Below are positions 45,762 through 55,679 of a stretch of DNA of 64,000 nucleotides, piece by piece (the stretch's first letter is position 1; every line of letters begins with the position of its first letter). Location: contig JABHEG010000296.1 in the NCBI GenBank assembly GCA_018676675.1, forward strand, positions 14,554 through 78,553, read 5' to 3'. A model generated the notes under the pieces. That model made no database searches. It was not told the origin of the DNA and saw only the letters and a program-made list of their open reading frames with translations. This DNA comes from Lentisphaerota bacterium. Lineage in GTDB: Bacteria; Verrucomicrobiota; Lentisphaeria; Oligosphaerales; JABHEG01. Position numbers and translations under genes: made by a program.

Positions 45762-47354
45762 TCACCCATCGTTCTGCGGGCAGGATGCGTTGCGTATCCC
45801 TTCAGCCATGGCAGCCGCGGCAGCAGGATCAACGCTCGCATTCTGTTGGTGCAGTTCTGCATAACTCAGTGCATTCCCGGTGAGACATGTCTCCCAGTCC
45901 TCACGTCCGTTCCGATCCAGGCGAGTATGGAGCGTCAGGAATCGACCAGGTGGAAGGCAGACACCGGCCTGGACCTCTCCCTGCCCGGCCGATACGCTCT
46001 CCCTTTTACAGACGTTGTAGAGAAGGGCTCCCTCCGCACGGATGCTCGGAGCCCCGCAGGCAACAATGACAGAATCCTGAGCACAGACACTATCTGCGAT
46101 CACATCAACCAACACACTTCGCTGAATCGTTCCCGACGTGATCGTGCAGTTGACCAGAACGCTCTCAGAATCCAGTTGAAGAGCGGGGCCGCAGGCGTTG
46201 GTTTCTCGCGCCGCTGCCCCCAGGAAACGGCGCAGCCCTCGGGCTTCAGCGTGCCCTTCGAGCATGAGCCGGTTGTTTGCCACATAGCCCCCCAGAACGC
46301 CATAATCCCACCACCAGGCCGTTCGGCCAACGTCGACGGCACCGAACAGCCCAAGGCAACCATCGCTTCGGGGCAAGCCGTTTTTTACCCGCTCCATTCG
46401 ACCATAGTGAGCGACCGCTTTTGTCTCGGGCACCCCTTTCCCCGCCATCGTTGCGCAATACGTTCTCGCGTCCAGCGTCAGCGGCATCCAGAAGTGTGGA
46501 TCCGTATCCAGTTTGCCTGATTTGGCCCTGAGTTCGGGAGCGAACTCGGTGAGGAGCGCCTGAGTCAGGGCGGACGACATGCTGAAAGATCCGTAGCTGA
46601 CGCCAATTCCACCTTCGACACCAATCACCTCACTGCGGATCAGGCGCTCTGCCATGTCGTAGTCAATCTTCTCGACCTGACTCGCTTCCCCGTCAGCTCT
46701 GACAGCAATCAAGCCATACCTGTCCATACCCTCGGCGGCCCATTGGGCTCGAGTGGGCATCCCACGCAGTGAACAGAGAATGTCCACGTGGTGACTAGCC
46801 GCATAGGCCACGGGCAAGTCCGGAATAAAAATCTGATCTCCCCAGAAGACGGACAGCCGTCCGCGGCGACTGGGAGCGTATATGGCGGTCTGCCGAATGG
46901 CCGCCTCAAGGACGGTGATCGGCGTCAGTCGCCCCCCAATGTCCAGGGCACCGGGGAGCTTTACCGCGGGTTTGTTGTTGCTTTCGCTCCCGGGCAGCGG
47001 GGCGAGCCGCTGTCCTTTTCCGGCGGTGTGATAGAGAGCCACGGCCCGGTGGGTTCCAAGCTCGTCGAGAAGTCCCACGCCGTACAAGGCACGGGCTTTC
47101 GCGTCTGCTTTGCTCAATGCATACAGCGTTCCGAGTCCGTTCCCTGCTCCGCCGGGCCAATCTTCTTCGACGGCCAGCACCAGCGCGTCAGGCCCGCAGA
47201 TCTGACCACGTCCAGCCTCGAGGCGGGCCTGCCAAAAAGCCTCTTGAACGGCACTCCCTGTAACCACCACAACGGCATCCATGCCTCCGCCTTCAGCAGC
47301 CAGACTGAGCATGGAATCGATGTTTTTTTCCGTCCAGGGCCGTGTGTCTGTCAT
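45762..47354 (-). CDS. putative sugar-1-phosphate nucleotidylyltransferase (fucokinase/FKP N-terminal-like) with C-terminal left-handed beta-helix
   Basis: GGAGNGLGTLYAL and HTAGKGQRLAPLPG resemble NTP-transferase/GDP-fucose pyrophosphorylase motifs. Hexapeptide-like repeats lie near the C-terminus. The ATG at 47354 overlaps the upstream stop (ATGA). Confidence 0.6.
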   Translation of the reverse strand: MTDTRPWTEKNIDSMLSLAAEGGGMDAVVVVTGSAVQEAFWQARLEAGRGQICGPDALVLAVEEDWPGGAGNGLGTLYALSKADAKARALYGVGLLDELGTHRAVALYHTAGKGQRLAPLPGSESNNKPAVKLPGALDIGGRLTPITVLEAAIRQTAIYAPSRRGRLSVFWGDQIFIPDLPVAYAASHHVDILCSLRGMPTRAQWAAEGMDRYGLIAVRADGEASQVEKIDYDMAERLIRSEVIGVEGGIGVSYGSFSMSSALTQALLTEFAPELRAKSGKLDTDPHFWMPLTLDARTYCATMAGKGVPETKAVAHYGRMERVKNGLPRSDGCLGLFGAVDVGRTAWWWDYGVLGGYVANNRLMLEGHAEARGLRRFLGAAARETNACGPALQLDSESVLVNCTITSGTIQRSVLVDVIADSVCAQDSVIVACGAPSIRAEGALLYNVCKRESVSAGQGEVQAGVCLPPGRFLTLHTRLDRNGREDWETCLTGNALSYAELHQQNASVDPAAAAAMAEGIRNASCPQNDG

Positions 47355-48337
47355 GGGCTGGGTGAACACTCCTGTTCCGGTTGTTCCACGAGCCTGGCCA
47401 TATCATCAGGCAATGGAGCGGCAAACGTCAGTCGTCCGGCCCCGCTTGGGGCATCAAATGAAACTTCACTTGCGTGAAGGGCCTGCCGTTCCAGACGGAG
47501 CCGGCGGCGATCCTCCCTGGACAATTCTCCTGCTCGAAACCTCAAGAAGAAGGACTCGTCAACGCCGTAGAGCTTATCACCGACAACGGGGAAGCCCAAG
47601 CCATGTAAAGTGGCCCTTATCTGGTGCAGTCGCCCCGTGCGAGGAAGAACGCGGAGGTGCGACATCCCCCCGGAAATGTGGGCCAGGAGATGAAACTCGG
47701 TAAACGCACGTTTGGCCTTTGCAGGAACGTCCGTCAACGTGCCCTCCGGAGCAAACCGAATGCGCTTGGCGACCTGACTCTCCGGGTCTGGGAAAAGCCA
47801 TCCGTCTGCCGCGATCGACTCCGGGAATACCCCCTCAACGAGAACGTCATAGACTTTGCGGACGCTGCCGAGTTCGAACTGCCGCCGACATGCTTTGGCG
47901 ATTTTCTTCTCTTTTGCCACAAGCATCACCCCGGAGGTCTCACGGTCTAGACGATTCACGAAGTGGATCTCCTCACACCCCGCGTCTTTCAGCAGGGCCC
48001 ACAGCGTGTGTGCGAAGTAGCGACCGGCTGGGTGACATGGCAGATCCGGCGGCTTATCGATGACCATGAGGGATCCATCGTCGTGAATGGTCCGGTAATT
48101 CACATTGACGGGAGGCTCTGCAACCGGCTCAAAACGGTACTCAAGCACATCCCCCCCTCTGAGGATGCCCGACGCGTCGGCCGGAGCACCATTGAGCAGG
48201 AGCCGCCCCTGGGCAATCCGCTCCTCCCAGGCCGACTGGTTGTGGTAAGTGAAACGGGCCGTCACGTAATCAACCAGCGCAGTGCCGGCGTCCTCTCCGC
48301 GCAGGACGGTTTGGACGATACGTTTCAACATTTCCAC
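47351..48337 (-). CDS. RluA-family pseudouridine synthase with S4-like N-terminal domain
   Basis: Catalytic motif HRLDRETSGVMLVAK and the C-terminal GRLHQIRATL motif. Confidence 0.9.
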   Translation of the reverse strand: MEMLKRIVQTVLRGEDAGTALVDYVTARFTYHNQSAWEERIAQGRLLLNGAPADASGILRGGDVLEYRFEPVAEPPVNVNYRTIHDDGSLMVIDKPPDLPCHPAGRYFAHTLWALLKDAGCEEIHFVNRLDRETSGVMLVAKEKKIAKACRRQFELGSVRKVYDVLVEGVFPESIAADGWLFPDPESQVAKRIRFAPEGTLTDVPAKAKRAFTEFHLLAHISGGMSHLRVLPRTGRLHQIRATLHGLGFPVVGDKLYGVDESFFLRFRAGELSREDRRRLRLERQALHASEVSFDAPSGAGRLTFAAPLPDDMARLVEQPEQECSPSP

Positions 48338-48356
48338 CATTCGCAGGTCGCTTGGA

Positions 48357-50060
48357 TCACAGGTAGGCCTGCAGAAGTTCGAGCTTCTCACGCATGAGTT
48401 CGGGGGTTACCATGGAGCCCTGGGCCTCGATATGGAATCCTTGGCGCTCATCTGCTTCATACAGCGGAATCGCGTCCTCCACAACCTGGATCTCGTCCCT
48501 GACAATCTCCAGGAACGGCTGCAACATAGCGTCATTCCATTCGCGCTTCAGAAGATGCAGGCGGTAGTAATTTCTCACGCTTCTCATGCACACATCAATA
48601 CAACGGGCCACGGAGAGTTCCTCACGAGCAGCTTCACCTGTTGCACCCTCAAGCGCGGCCGCGTAGACCTTCAGCGCACGACTCCAGAGCTCGGCCAAGC
48701 GATCAAGACGCTCTGCGATCTGCTCGGGAGTGAATGGCCCGAAGCTTGACGAAGGATCGTCATTATCATCCCGGGGGTCCATCAGCCAACTGCGCTTGAT
48801 CCTCTGCCCCGGTGCGTAGGGACATGGATGCATCGGGAGCGCGACGCTGTAGTTGATCGGCGACATGTAGAGGAAAGGGATCGAGAACGGGTAGTAATCG
48901 AACGCCTCTCCAAACCCTTCCCAGGCGGCGAGTACGCCGGACAAATCTGCTCCCGGGAACTCGTTAGCAGCGAGCATTTGAAGCGCATCGTGTTCAGATT
49001 CGGGACACGTGTCGCTCAGAAAGAAGTTGAATGCCCGGGTATTCAAGGTGAGCATCGTGCCAAAATTCCAGCACCCCATGAAGCCGGCTAGACCGAGCTT
49101 CTTGAATTCACTGGTCTTGCCGAGCAATCGGGTGATCAAGGGCAGATTCGACACACTGGCGATTTCGTGGGTTGTCCCGATTTGCAGCTTGGCATAGACC
49201 GGCCGCTCCTGCTCCCGAGCCAACTCACGGACGTCGCGGAAGCGTTTCGAAGGACCAACATATGACAGAGAGTACTCATTGATCTCAACCTGCTGTCCAT
49301 AGGGATCCGTGATCCAGTCGCCGCGCTCGAAGTCTGCCTGAATACTGGTGTGAGGACGCAGCCGGTTGATGATATTGGGCTGGGGATCGTCCTCATAGAG
49401 AATCCAGGACCAGTTCCAGGCAACAAGCGGGACCGCAGGATCGACTCTGTCCATGCCGTCACGCATGCAGTTAAGAACATCAACGACCACATCCGCCGCC
49501 GTGCGTTCGGCACACCGTGGACAGGCCACCCTCCCTTGCGATGTGCGGCCATGGTGGCTGTAGCAGTGCGACATGAACTCCGATGCGCTGATCGTGATGA
49601 GCCCGGCAATCCCCGGAACCGACTCGAGAAGCTGAGCGGAGGAATCGCGGAGATAGTCCCGGACCGGCTCTGAGCTTACACACATGGCCCTCATATGGAA
49701 GTGATCGTCACCAACCCCGAAGTCATGATCCCAAACGGTCCCCCCCATCTCCGGGTGCTCATTCCAGAAAGGCGAGTCCGCTCTGAGCCCAAACGGCTCC
49801 TGGTTGTAGATGACCAGGCGAACACCGTGTTTTGCTCCTCGTTCGACAACCGTATTGAGGTTCCGGAGTAATCGCGCGGAGTCTTCCCCGAAACTCGGGT
49901 AGCGGGGATTGCGGAGTAGCTCCCGATAAATCGTCCGGATCCACACAGCGTTGAATCCCGCATCGGCAATACGGCGCAGCTCGTCGTCCGTATAGACGGT
50001 GTCTGCACGCTCAGCATCATGCTCGAAAGCCGCAGCGCTGCTTCGAAAGACGTTCAGCAT
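48357..50060 (-). CDS. hypothetical protein, TIM-barrel glycoside-hydrolase-like
   Basis: 567-aa ORF with consistent coding bias. N-terminus GFNAVWIRTIY...GVRLVIYNQEP resembles GH clan-A barrels. Family not recognised. Confidence 0.55.
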   Translation of the reverse strand: MLNVFRSSAAAFEHDAERADTVYTDDELRRIADAGFNAVWIRTIYRELLRNPRYPSFGEDSARLLRNLNTVVERGAKHGVRLVIYNQEPFGLRADSPFWNEHPEMGGTVWDHDFGVGDDHFHMRAMCVSSEPVRDYLRDSSAQLLESVPGIAGLITISASEFMSHCYSHHGRTSQGRVACPRCAERTAADVVVDVLNCMRDGMDRVDPAVPLVAWNWSWILYEDDPQPNIINRLRPHTSIQADFERGDWITDPYGQQVEINEYSLSYVGPSKRFRDVRELAREQERPVYAKLQIGTTHEIASVSNLPLITRLLGKTSEFKKLGLAGFMGCWNFGTMLTLNTRAFNFFLSDTCPESEHDALQMLAANEFPGADLSGVLAAWEGFGEAFDYYPFSIPFLYMSPINYSVALPMHPCPYAPGQRIKRSWLMDPRDDNDDPSSSFGPFTPEQIAERLDRLAELWSRALKVYAAALEGATGEAAREELSVARCIDVCMRSVRNYYRLHLLKREWNDAMLQPFLEIVRDEIQVVEDAIPLYEADERQGFHIEAQGSMVTPELMREKLELLQAYL

Positions 50061-50313
50061 ATCAAGAATGCTCCCCGATGGCAGCCGGAGCCTCTCAGGA
50101 AAAGCTGCCGGCTCAGTTCATCTCACGTACGTCAGTACGCCCCGTAGGGATGGCTGTGTCCTCAACAACGCCCCGCACTCCAGCCTGCAGAGCTGCTCGC
50201 ATACTAGAGGAGCATATGTCGCCAGTCCCTCAATGCAACCATGGTGGCGCCTGAAGACGAATGAACGACGACGTTGTATGGTGAGCCTGAAACTGACAGA
50301 TGGAGGTCCACGC

Positions 50314-51606
50314 ATGGGTACACTCAGAGCCGCGGCGGCAACAGCCGAATTCCTCGTTCACGATTTGCCTGCAGCAGCCGGCAAGCTTCAGGAAGGTCCC
50401 CTGCGCGCGTCTGTGCTCATGCTGGAGGCGGAACAACGCCTTTGTGTCGTTTCCTGTGACACACTTGGGCTCATGGGCGATACGTGTGATCGCATCGCCG
50501 CGACGATCCATGCCGCCTGTGGCGTAGCGAGAGACCAAATCACGGTCACAGCGACACACACGCACCATGCCCCCCGAGCAATGCCTGTCTACACAACTCC
50601 TCGAAATGACGTGCTCTGTGCGCGCATTACAGCGGCTGCCTGTTCAGCCGCCGCCACAGCCGCTACCGAACTGGATGCTGCTTCGGCATCCGGAGATCCG
50701 TGCCGCTGTGAAGTGAGTTTCGCCCTGGGGCAGGAACTGACCGTCGGGGCCAACAGCCGCTGGTTCATGGATGACGGCCAGATCTCGTGGTCTCAACACG
50801 ACGAAAGCAAGATGGTGCGTCCCAGCGGCCCCCATGATCCTGATATGCCCGTGATCGCCTTCAGGCGACCCTCTGGCGAACTCATCGCGTGCCTCTTCAT
50901 TCACGGAACCCACAATATCGGCACGCTGGCCTCAGATCCCGCCTCCGTTGTCTCGCCTGGTTTTTTCGGGCTCGCCGCTCAGGAACTCGAACGTCAGCAT
51001 CGGGCGCCCTTCCTGTTCCTGCCGGGGGCGTTCGGCTCAAGTCACCGCCGCAACAGCCATGTTGCCGGGAGTGAAGCCTTCACGCGCGTCGTTGCTGCAG
51101 TTAACGACGCTCTGAGCAGGACACATATCACCGATGGCGCCACCGTCCGCGCCCGCAGATGCCCTTACACGTTCCGCTACCGAAGATTCGACGAGTCGAG
51201 CGAAGCTGCAGCCGTCAGCGGCTGGTGTCGACGGTGGTTTGCCGAAAAGGCTGCCGAAGGACTGGAACGGACCTATGAGGAGATACGAGCCACAATGTCA
51301 CCGCACGCTGGGCTACCGTTCAACTCCGTGCTACAGGTGCTTCAGATCGGAGAGCTGGCCATCGTGGCCGTCCCTGGTGAGCTGTTCGCCGCCTTAGGGC
51401 TCAGGATTCGCCATCGGTCACCGTTCCGACACACGTTCATTGCGGGACTTGCCAACGATGAGATCGGGTACATCGCCGACCGGAAAGGCTATCAGGACGG
51501 GGGATATCAGACGTGGTTTTGCGGACACAGTCGCCTCGACCCAGGTGAGGGAGAGAGAATGGTTGACGCCGCTCTGAACATGCTTGCTGACCTCCACACG
51601 ACCTGA
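50314..51606 (+). CDS. neutral/alkaline ceramidase-like hydrolase
   Basis: GGAGG SD 8 nt before the ATG at 50314. L.A...VLMLE..QRLCVVSCDTLG and TATHTHHAPR resemble the ceramidase_alk N-terminal domain. Confidence 0.6.
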   Translation: MGTLRAAAATAEFLVHDLPAAAGKLQEGPLRASVLMLEAEQRLCVVSCDTLGLMGDTCDRIAATIHAACGVARDQITVTATHTHHAPRAMPVYTTPRNDVLCARITAAACSAAATAATELDAASASGDPCRCEVSFALGQELTVGANSRWFMDDGQISWSQHDESKMVRPSGPHDPDMPVIAFRRPSGELIACLFIHGTHNIGTLASDPASVVSPGFFGLAAQELERQHRAPFLFLPGAFGSSHRRNSHVAGSEAFTRVVAAVNDALSRTHITDGATVRARRCPYTFRYRRFDESSEAAAVSGWCRRWFAEKAAEGLERTYEEIRATMSPHAGLPFNSVLQVLQIGELAIVAVPGELFAALGLRIRHRSPFRHTFIAGLANDEIGYIADRKGYQDGGYQTWFCGHSRLDPGEGERMVDAALNMLADLHTT

Positions 51607-51700
51607 AACCCAATTCAACGCAAGACGAAAGGAGCAGCAGATTCAGCTGCATCCATCACCATTGCCCCAGGCAACAGGGGCAATTTGAGCAGGAAAGAAC

Positions 51701-53050
51701 ATGTCTATCAGACTTACCAAGGCCGTACCGTGGGCGCCGCACCCGAAAGCGGCAACGAAGGAACGTCGTGACGCAGAGTCGTTCGTATCCGAGACGAACG
51801 GGACCCGATCATGCTGCGGGGGCTGGCAGTTCGAGTTTACCGGTGTCGTCCCGGGACATGAATACCGCATTGCAGTCAATGCCACCGTTGAGGCGATCGC
51901 CAACCCGGCAGACGCCACCGCGTGCCTGGCCATCTGGGGCAGTGTTGCACCCGACTTCTCCCGCCTGGGAACAGCCTATGTCTGGGACTACATCTGCGCC
52001 CCTCCTTCCAGAGGCCCCGAACAGTGCTTCATGGGAACCTTCGTCGCTCCGGATGCCTGTGATACAGTGACCATCCGCACCGCGCTCAGATGGACACACC
52101 AGGGGACGGTAAACTGGTCAACTCCAGCGCTCAAAGACCTTGGAACAGCGGCAGTGCGTCCACCGGTCCGTGTTGCCGTTGTGACAGGAACCGAAACGAA
52201 CGCACGAGCTTCGCGCCCGACGCTTGCGGAAGGGCTGGAATTCTACGGGGAACTTGCCAGGGCGGCATGCCTGGAACATGGGGCGAAACTCATCGCTCTG
52301 CCCGAGATCGGCCCGCAGTGGCACATCCCGGAACACGCGTTGGAGAAGGCAACGCCCGTGCCCGGACCGGTAACCGACTTCTTCGCGGACATCGCTAAGA
52401 CCCACGGCGCCACGATCGTCGTCGGCCTCCACGAACGTGACGGAGATGCCGTGTTCAACAGCGCCGTCGTTATTGACAATGCGGGTGACATAGCCGGAGT
52501 CTACCATAAGGTGCATCTTGCATCCTTCGAGGCCTTCTCCGGCGTCCTGCCCGGCAACTCTTTCCCAGTCTGCGAAACCAGCGTCGGGCGTATTGGGTGC
52601 AATATCTGCATGGACAGCTCAGCAGCAGAGTCGTCTCGTATGGTGGGGCTCAATGGAGCCGATTTTCTGGTCCTGCCGATCATGGGCGACCACCGGGCCA
52701 GCGTCTGGCACAGAGGAAACCCCGTTCTCGACGAGGGGCGGTGGCAGGCAATCATGCGGACCCGAGCGATGGACAACCAGCTGGCGATGGTCGTGGCCCG
52801 GAACTGCGCGAAAGCCAGCTGTATCGTCGACCGGAGCGGAGAGATCCTCGCCTACAACGATGGCCAGACCGACATGATTGTAGCGGATATTGAGGTCGAC
52901 GATGGCTATCGGAAGTGGAACGGGGGGTGCTTCAGACAAGTCAACTGGCGTCAACGTCGGCCGCATCTTTACGATGCCTTCCTTTCCCCGAGCCCAAGCG
53001 CACTCCTGAGGCTGAGTGCGGGTTCCGTCGAGGAACTGGACATTGTCTGA
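51701..53050 (+). CDS. carbon-nitrogen hydrolase (nitrilase superfamily) with ~150-aa N-terminal beta-sandwich-like extension
   Basis: E-K-C triad context: ALPEIG, YHKVHL, and RIGCNICMD. Confidence 0.85.
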   Translation: MSIRLTKAVPWAPHPKAATKERRDAESFVSETNGTRSCCGGWQFEFTGVVPGHEYRIAVNATVEAIANPADATACLAIWGSVAPDFSRLGTAYVWDYICAPPSRGPEQCFMGTFVAPDACDTVTIRTALRWTHQGTVNWSTPALKDLGTAAVRPPVRVAVVTGTETNARASRPTLAEGLEFYGELARAACLEHGAKLIALPEIGPQWHIPEHALEKATPVPGPVTDFFADIAKTHGATIVVGLHERDGDAVFNSAVVIDNAGDIAGVYHKVHLASFEAFSGVLPGNSFPVCETSVGRIGCNICMDSSAAESSRMVGLNGADFLVLPIMGDHRASVWHRGNPVLDEGRWQAIMRTRAMDNQLAMVVARNCAKASCIVDRSGEILAYNDGQTDMIVADIEVDDGYRKWNGGCFRQVNWRQRRPHLYDAFLSPSPSALLRLSAGSVEELDIV

Positions 53051-53209
53051 GCCCGCCCTATTTTAGAACCCGAAGCATATGGTATCGCGGGTGGGCGACT
53101 GCCGTTTTTGGGGTCCCGCGCATCCGGATCGACTCGTCACCATGGGAGAGATGGACTTGGTCTCGTTGCAGAGTCCTTGCCCCTCCCAGCAAAACCGAGT
53201 TTGGGAAGC

Positions 53210-54469
53210 ATGTGTACCTATCGAGCTGGACTCTCCGTGGTGCTAGCCCTTGTTGTGGCCGCCATTCCATCGGTCTACGCAAGGCCATCTGTGCCTGAAA
53301 ACATGGCCAATGGCGCCACGATTCTTGCCGGCATGAAGCTGGCTGATAGTGCGGAAAGTGGGGCAGGTCACGACCTCCTCCGCTTTGCCTTGGCCGTGGA
53401 CCCGGAGAACCGCCAGGCGCTTCTCCTGCAGGCGAAAGTAGAGCGGGGGCTCAAACTGGATCCTGTCTCACTCGCAGATGGCGGAGCGAAGTACTGCCAG
53501 TTCCTCGCCAAGATTGCCGCGAGGACGAAATCCAAAGGACGCAAGCTTCTTCTTTACAAAATCATCGAGATCATTCAGCCGGACAACGAGGACGTTCTCC
53601 TGGCTCTCACCAAAGCGGCGAACGCCGGCGTCGACATCAGCCTCGATGCACTTCTCAGTCCGCTGGAAAAGAGCAAGAAGTCAGCGGGGAATGGCGACAG
53701 TGCTCCCAAAAAGCGGAAGAAAGAGGCCGACGGAGGGGAAGCCAAGAAGATCCTTGAGCGCGTAAGGCTTGCCCGTGTGTATGTCCGTCCAACGTCGCCC
53801 TGGAACACGATCAACGATCTGAATCGGGCCACCTGCCCCGAAGGAGTCGCGATCAAGCTCCGGGCTAGCAAGCTGACCTACCAGACATCAACCACATCCT
53901 ACAACGGCATACAGATGCCCTACTACTACGGCAACGCCGTCGCCCGGGCCGGAGCCGTACGACAGGAAGACCTGATTCTCAGCGACCGCAGTGCCCATGA
54001 TGTCCTGCGGGCGTTGTGCTGGATGTGTAACCTCGGCTACACCTATGAAGGGCAAAACGTTGTCATCACCAACCCTGACGATGAGTCAGCGGTTGAGAGC
54101 GGGGGCACGTCGGTGGCGGCATCCAGTCTGGTTGCTGAATTCGAAGCGGAGCGAGCCAAGAGCATCCGCAAGTACAGAGGGAAACGGATCGCCATCACCG
54201 GACCTTTCTCGGGCATTGGGAAAGAGATGCGGAACAGCTATGTCCACATTGCCGGCGACAAGGTCAAACTCGTGATGGGGAGCGATGCCCCACAGGCAGA
54301 AATCACGAAACTGGAAGAAGCCGGGCGCCGCACAATGTCAGATAGCGACTTCTACAGCTATACGCTCTGGTTCGGGACGGTTGGTATTTGCGATGGACTC
54401 AGCCGGGGGAAAGTCGTCTTCAAGAACTGCGAAGACGTCTGGTGGTGGCACGTCAGGAAACGGCGCTGA
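53210..54469 (+). CDS. hypothetical secreted protein (TPR-like N-terminus, Lys-rich linker, STN-like segment, C-terminal OB/tRNA_anti-like fold)
   Basis: Signal peptide MCTYRAGLSVVLALVVAAIPSVYA. SAHDVLRALCWMCNLGYTYEGQNVVIT resembles secretin/TonB short N-domains. The C-terminus AEFEAERAKSIRKYRGKRIAITG resembles small OB-fold lipoproteins. All assignments tentative. Confidence 0.6.
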   Translation: MCTYRAGLSVVLALVVAAIPSVYARPSVPENMANGATILAGMKLADSAESGAGHDLLRFALAVDPENRQALLLQAKVERGLKLDPVSLADGGAKYCQFLAKIAARTKSKGRKLLLYKIIEIIQPDNEDVLLALTKAANAGVDISLDALLSPLEKSKKSAGNGDSAPKKRKKEADGGEAKKILERVRLARVYVRPTSPWNTINDLNRATCPEGVAIKLRASKLTYQTSTTSYNGIQMPYYYGNAVARAGAVRQEDLILSDRSAHDVLRALCWMCNLGYTYEGQNVVITNPDDESAVESGGTSVAASSLVAEFEAERAKSIRKYRGKRIAITGPFSGIGKEMRNSYVHIAGDKVKLVMGSDAPQAEITKLEEAGRRTMSDSDFYSYTLWFGTVGICDGLSRGKVVFKNCEDVWWWHVRKRR

Positions 54470-54554
54470 CCTAGCCCGCCAAGAACGCACAGTTGCCGTT
54501 CCCTCTTTCCCTTCCGTGCGTCGTCCCGCACGCAGCCTCTACCTTCCAGCGCCA

Positions 54555-55628
54555 CTAGACGTCGAAGCCCGCCGCTCGCAGCCGGGGCTCCAAACTCTCC
54601 TTGTCCACGGCCTTCAGGTAGGCTTCCCGGGGCTCGATGATGTCGTCCTCAACCAGCCGCAGCAGGGCATCGTTGAGCAACTGCATCCCGAACTTCTGTC
54701 CCGTCTGCATGATTGACGGAATCTGATGGAGCTTACCTTCGCGAATCAGGTTTGAGATGGCGGACGTCCCCACGAGAATCTCCATCGCGGCCGCCCGCCC
54801 CCCCCCGATCCGCTTGCACAGAACCTGAGCAACGACGCCCTTCAGTGACTCAGACAGCATCGTCCGGATCTGAGCCTGCCTCTGCCCGGGGAACTGATCG
54901 ATGATGCGATCGACCGTGCTGGCAGCGGTGGTGGTATGAAGCGTCCCGAACACCAGATGCCCGGTCTCTGCTGTCTCAATGGCAATTTCGACCGTCTCCA
55001 AATCGCGCATTTCGCCAACGAGCACAATGTCAGGATCCTCCCGCAGAGCGGCTCTAAGAGCACGCCTGAAGCTCATCGTGTGCCGGTGAACTTCACGGTG
55101 GTTGACCAGGCAGCTCTTGTTGGGATGAACGAACTCCACGGGGTCCTCGATCGTGATGATGTGGTCCGCTCGGGTTTCGTTGATCAAGTCGATCATGGCG
55201 GCCAGCGTGGTCGACTTACCACTGCCTGTGGGACCGGTCACGACCACCAAACCCTTTGTCAGTTCACAGAATTTACGTACGGATTCCGGCAATCCGAGGT
55301 CATCGGCCGACAGGATCTTCGCCGGTATCTGTCGAATGACCGCCCCCATCCCGCGTTGGTCCATGAATACGTTAACGCGGAAACGAGCCAGGCCCGAAAT
55401 CTCGTAAGCAAAGTCGGTGTCAAAGCACTCCCCAAACTCAGCCTTGTTCTCCTCAGGCATAATCTCTTCGATCAAGGCCTGAACCTGTTCCGGCTCGATG
55501 ACGACCTTCCCTTCCAGGTGAACGATGTCCCCGTCGAGACGGAAAATGGGGTCAACGCCACTGCATAGATGGAAGTCCGAGGCATTCTCCTCAATCATGA
55601 ATGTGAGGTACTGATCAATAGCTGGCAT
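54555..55628 (-). CDS. pilT: type IV pilus retraction ATPase
   Basis: Walker A VVVTGPTGSGKSTT, ITIEDPVEF, DIVLVGEMRD, and PilT signature AISNLIREGK. Confidence 0.9.
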   Translation of the reverse strand: MPAIDQYLTFMIEENASDFHLCSGVDPIFRLDGDIVHLEGKVVIEPEQVQALIEEIMPEENKAEFGECFDTDFAYEISGLARFRVNVFMDQRGMGAVIRQIPAKILSADDLGLPESVRKFCELTKGLVVVTGPTGSGKSTTLAAMIDLINETRADHIITIEDPVEFVHPNKSCLVNHREVHRHTMSFRRALRAALREDPDIVLVGEMRDLETVEIAIETAETGHLVFGTLHTTTAASTVDRIIDQFPGQRQAQIRTMLSESLKGVVAQVLCKRIGGGRAAAMEILVGTSAISNLIREGKLHQIPSIMQTGQKFGMQLLNDALLRLVEDDIIEPREAYLKAVDKESLEPRLRAAGFDV

Positions 55629-55679
55629 TGTCGCATCCTAACTGCCGACTCGGAGACACCGGCCTGTGATTCCGAGACG

